64,000 nt of DNA. It comes from Macrostomum lignano (lineage: Eukaryota). The position numbers and the translations under genes were made by a program. Location of the stretch: contig NIVC01002033.1 of NCBI GenBank assembly GCA_002269645.1, positions 124,001 to 188,000 on the forward strand, given 5' to 3'. Below are positions 47,162-64,000 of this stretch, in pieces. Position 1 is the stretch's first letter. The number at the start of each line of letters is the position of its first letter. The notes below the pieces were generated by a model. It was not told where the DNA came from. It was given only the letters and a program-made list of their open reading frames with translations, and searched no databases.

Positions 47162-47706
47162 ATGCTACCGCAGCCACACCTGACATCCAGCTCACTTCAT
47201 CGGAGGTTGAGACTCTGGGACTGACGAATTCAACTCTGAACTCTGACTCCTGACGGCATAATTATTGACTGATCAGTTTAACAAAATATAACAACATGAA
47301 CTCTGTTTCTCAGCAGAACTATAAGCTTTGTCTGATTTACCAGTTTCCCAAGTCGCCAACAGTACAGTAGGCGTAAGTACCTAGGGCTTATCTGAGCAGA
47401 TATTCATTGATTGTAACTTATTTAAGCCTAAATTCTGATGCTGACTCGATGACATATATAGACGCTAGAGAGCTTCGAAGTTCTAAGGAAAACATCGACG
47501 GCTGAATTTTTGAAGTATGTTTCGAAGAAGTAAGAAGTTATTAAGTGATTTATCACAGGTATAACGCCCATTCTGCCTCTCCGGTGTTGAGAATGTGGAG
47601 CACTTCATCCGTGAATGCCCCGGCCCGCCTTTACTCAGGACAGGCGCACCTTCCTCGTGGCCCAAGACCGGACCTTTCTGATGTTTTCAGGCCAGAGTAT
47701 TTCTGC

Positions 47707-48088
<382 letters not shown>

Positions 48089-50062
48089 GCAAGGACCACT
48101 TCGTTATAGAAGGATGTTTACACTCTCGATTCGTGTAAAAATAGTTGAAGGGGAATGAAGGCTGATTTTCGTTGTCGTATACTTTGCTGGGCCAAGCCGG
48201 TTTTGGAAATAGCGTCCAATTTTTTTGACCAATTACCCGGGCCGACTAGCACAATAATTCTAGTCTAATTTCGATCGCGTACTTTGAGAATAATTAAAAT
48301 AGCAAATTAAAGAGTAAATTAAAATAGCAAATAACAAATAGAAATACAGTGTAAAAACATGCATGAAATAGCAACAAGTCTCGGTTCTCGACAGAGAATT
48401 TCTATGAAAAAATTCGACATTCGACACCGCGTACAATATATTCTTATAAAACATCTACATAGTAGAGTACAGCTGTATAATTCCATGTATATTTCAATAT
48501 CTTATAAGTAATTAAATAGACAAAGATAAGATTAAATCGAAATTTCGATCTAAAAATCGAGAGCTATTTTGCGGAGATTTTAAAGCTTCTGGGGTTTAAC
48601 TAATATGTACAGTCGTGTGGTATCATCTAAGGAATGAGGGTTAGTTTAATAAAATTGATAAAAGTGCAAGTTGAAAAAAGTGGTTAATTAGCTTTTATTA
48701 TTAACTAGACATATTTTTTTAAATAAGCATTTGTGTGATTTTGTTTTAGTGTTATACCTCTAGCTGTTACTGTCAACAATTATTTTAACACGAAACATAA
48801 AAAATTTTTTTCAAAACGTTCCTCAGCCTAGACTAATCTAAATCTTTCAAATTAACAAGCCATCTCACAGAGATTTTGATTGAAGGCGATGCAGCCCAGT
48901 ACAAATTTCATTGAAATTCTAAGCAATCATAGAACATTTACCGAAGACAAAATAATCCATAATCTTTTCTAAATAAGTTAAAACTAACCATGATCACGCG
49001 ATCATGATCATGAATCCATGGTCATGATTTTTACTTAAACATGATTGTAATTTAACGCTTCACGGTCAGGGATTGTATTAGTGACTTTTAATTGTGATTA
49101 GAAATGTTATGTTTTTTTTAATCTTAAATATACGTTTCTAAGCTGCATATTAAGGTGCATATTAATCTCAAAGTACATAGGCGTTGTTTTTTTCGATACC
49201 GTATTTTTCATTTTAAGCCTGCTGTGAGTAATTTTCGAGTGTACACAATTACACAAAGAATGTAAAATGGTCTGTCAGTATCTATCTATCTTATTAACTA
49301 AAGTGCCAGACACTGTCAGCTATATAGTATATTCAAAAAGTTTACATTGTGTAAGATGCACTTTAAATTAAATAAGTATATAATTGACGTCTGAAAGAGT
49401 ATGAATGAATAAACTTGAAATATGCTTATATGAATAATTTATCTTGAGAAAAAGAAAATTAAATGTATCTAAAAGTAACCTATAAGTAAAGCATAGACTT
49501 TTCTATAGCCAAACTAATAAATATATGCGTTTAAAGATTCGTTTAAGCCAAAATGTTTCTTGCAAGACTTCAAATAAAACATAAAAGAACATAAAAGATG
49601 CAGAAGAAGCTAACTTTGAAAAAAAGAAGAAACCCATATACTAAAAATGAAAATATCTTTGCTATAACTGTTTTATCAGATAGACTTTCTTTTTTGTAAT
49701 TTTAATATATGTCCACTTTTATAAAGAATTCTGATCAGATAGAGTTATATTTCTTCTCCACCATTCTTACCAGAAAAAAACCAACACTAAAAAAGTTTTT
49801 GTACTTTAAACAATCATTTAAACTATATTATACTCCCTAAAATTATAGCACAGATGAGTTAAATTGTATTTGATTTTTTAAGAATAAATGTATCAAAATA
49901 TTTTATATCTTTCTATTTAATAACTATTATATTATGCTATACAACAATTTACCTTTATCTTAAACTATTAATTACGATTCAATTTATTGCATGCTTAGAA
50001 TCTAACTCACAATCACAATCTAAAAGCAATCGCTTTGTAAGCAGGGCAGACACAAGTCGGCC

Positions 50063-63993
<13,931 letters not shown>

Positions 63994-64000
63994 GTGAGTG

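Overview
Eukaryotic (metazoan) genomic DNA, not prokaryotic. GC-rich exons are separated by AT-rich or minisatellite-filled GT-AG introns. The style resembles a minisatellite-rich invertebrate such as the flatworm Macrostomum; this is an inference, not established from the sequence. In order, the window holds: the 3' end of a NEK11-like kinase gene; a complete 10-exon CCDC171-like coiled-coil gene with a different minisatellite in most introns; a 2-exon Pro-rich zinc-finger gene; an intronless UCP2/3-type uncoupling protein gene; two tandem minus-strand paralogs encoding PAN/apple-like plus ALK/LTK-type glycine-rich-domain proteins with no kinase, each carrying a different lesion, one with a young 5'-truncated RTE-like LINE in a probable GC-AG intron; a decayed Ty3/gypsy element; two near-identical copies of a 62-aa secreted prepropeptide ending KK-FVRVRVRL-G-stop (candidate amidated cationic peptide); and a >=14-exon acidic EF-hand gene running off the right edge. 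The EF-hand gene includes an 8-nt microexon and a 5.0-kb Ty3/gypsy element with identical LTRs inserted 31 nt upstream of an exon. Exon phases were checked by hand; family assignments rest on recalled motifs, not database searches.
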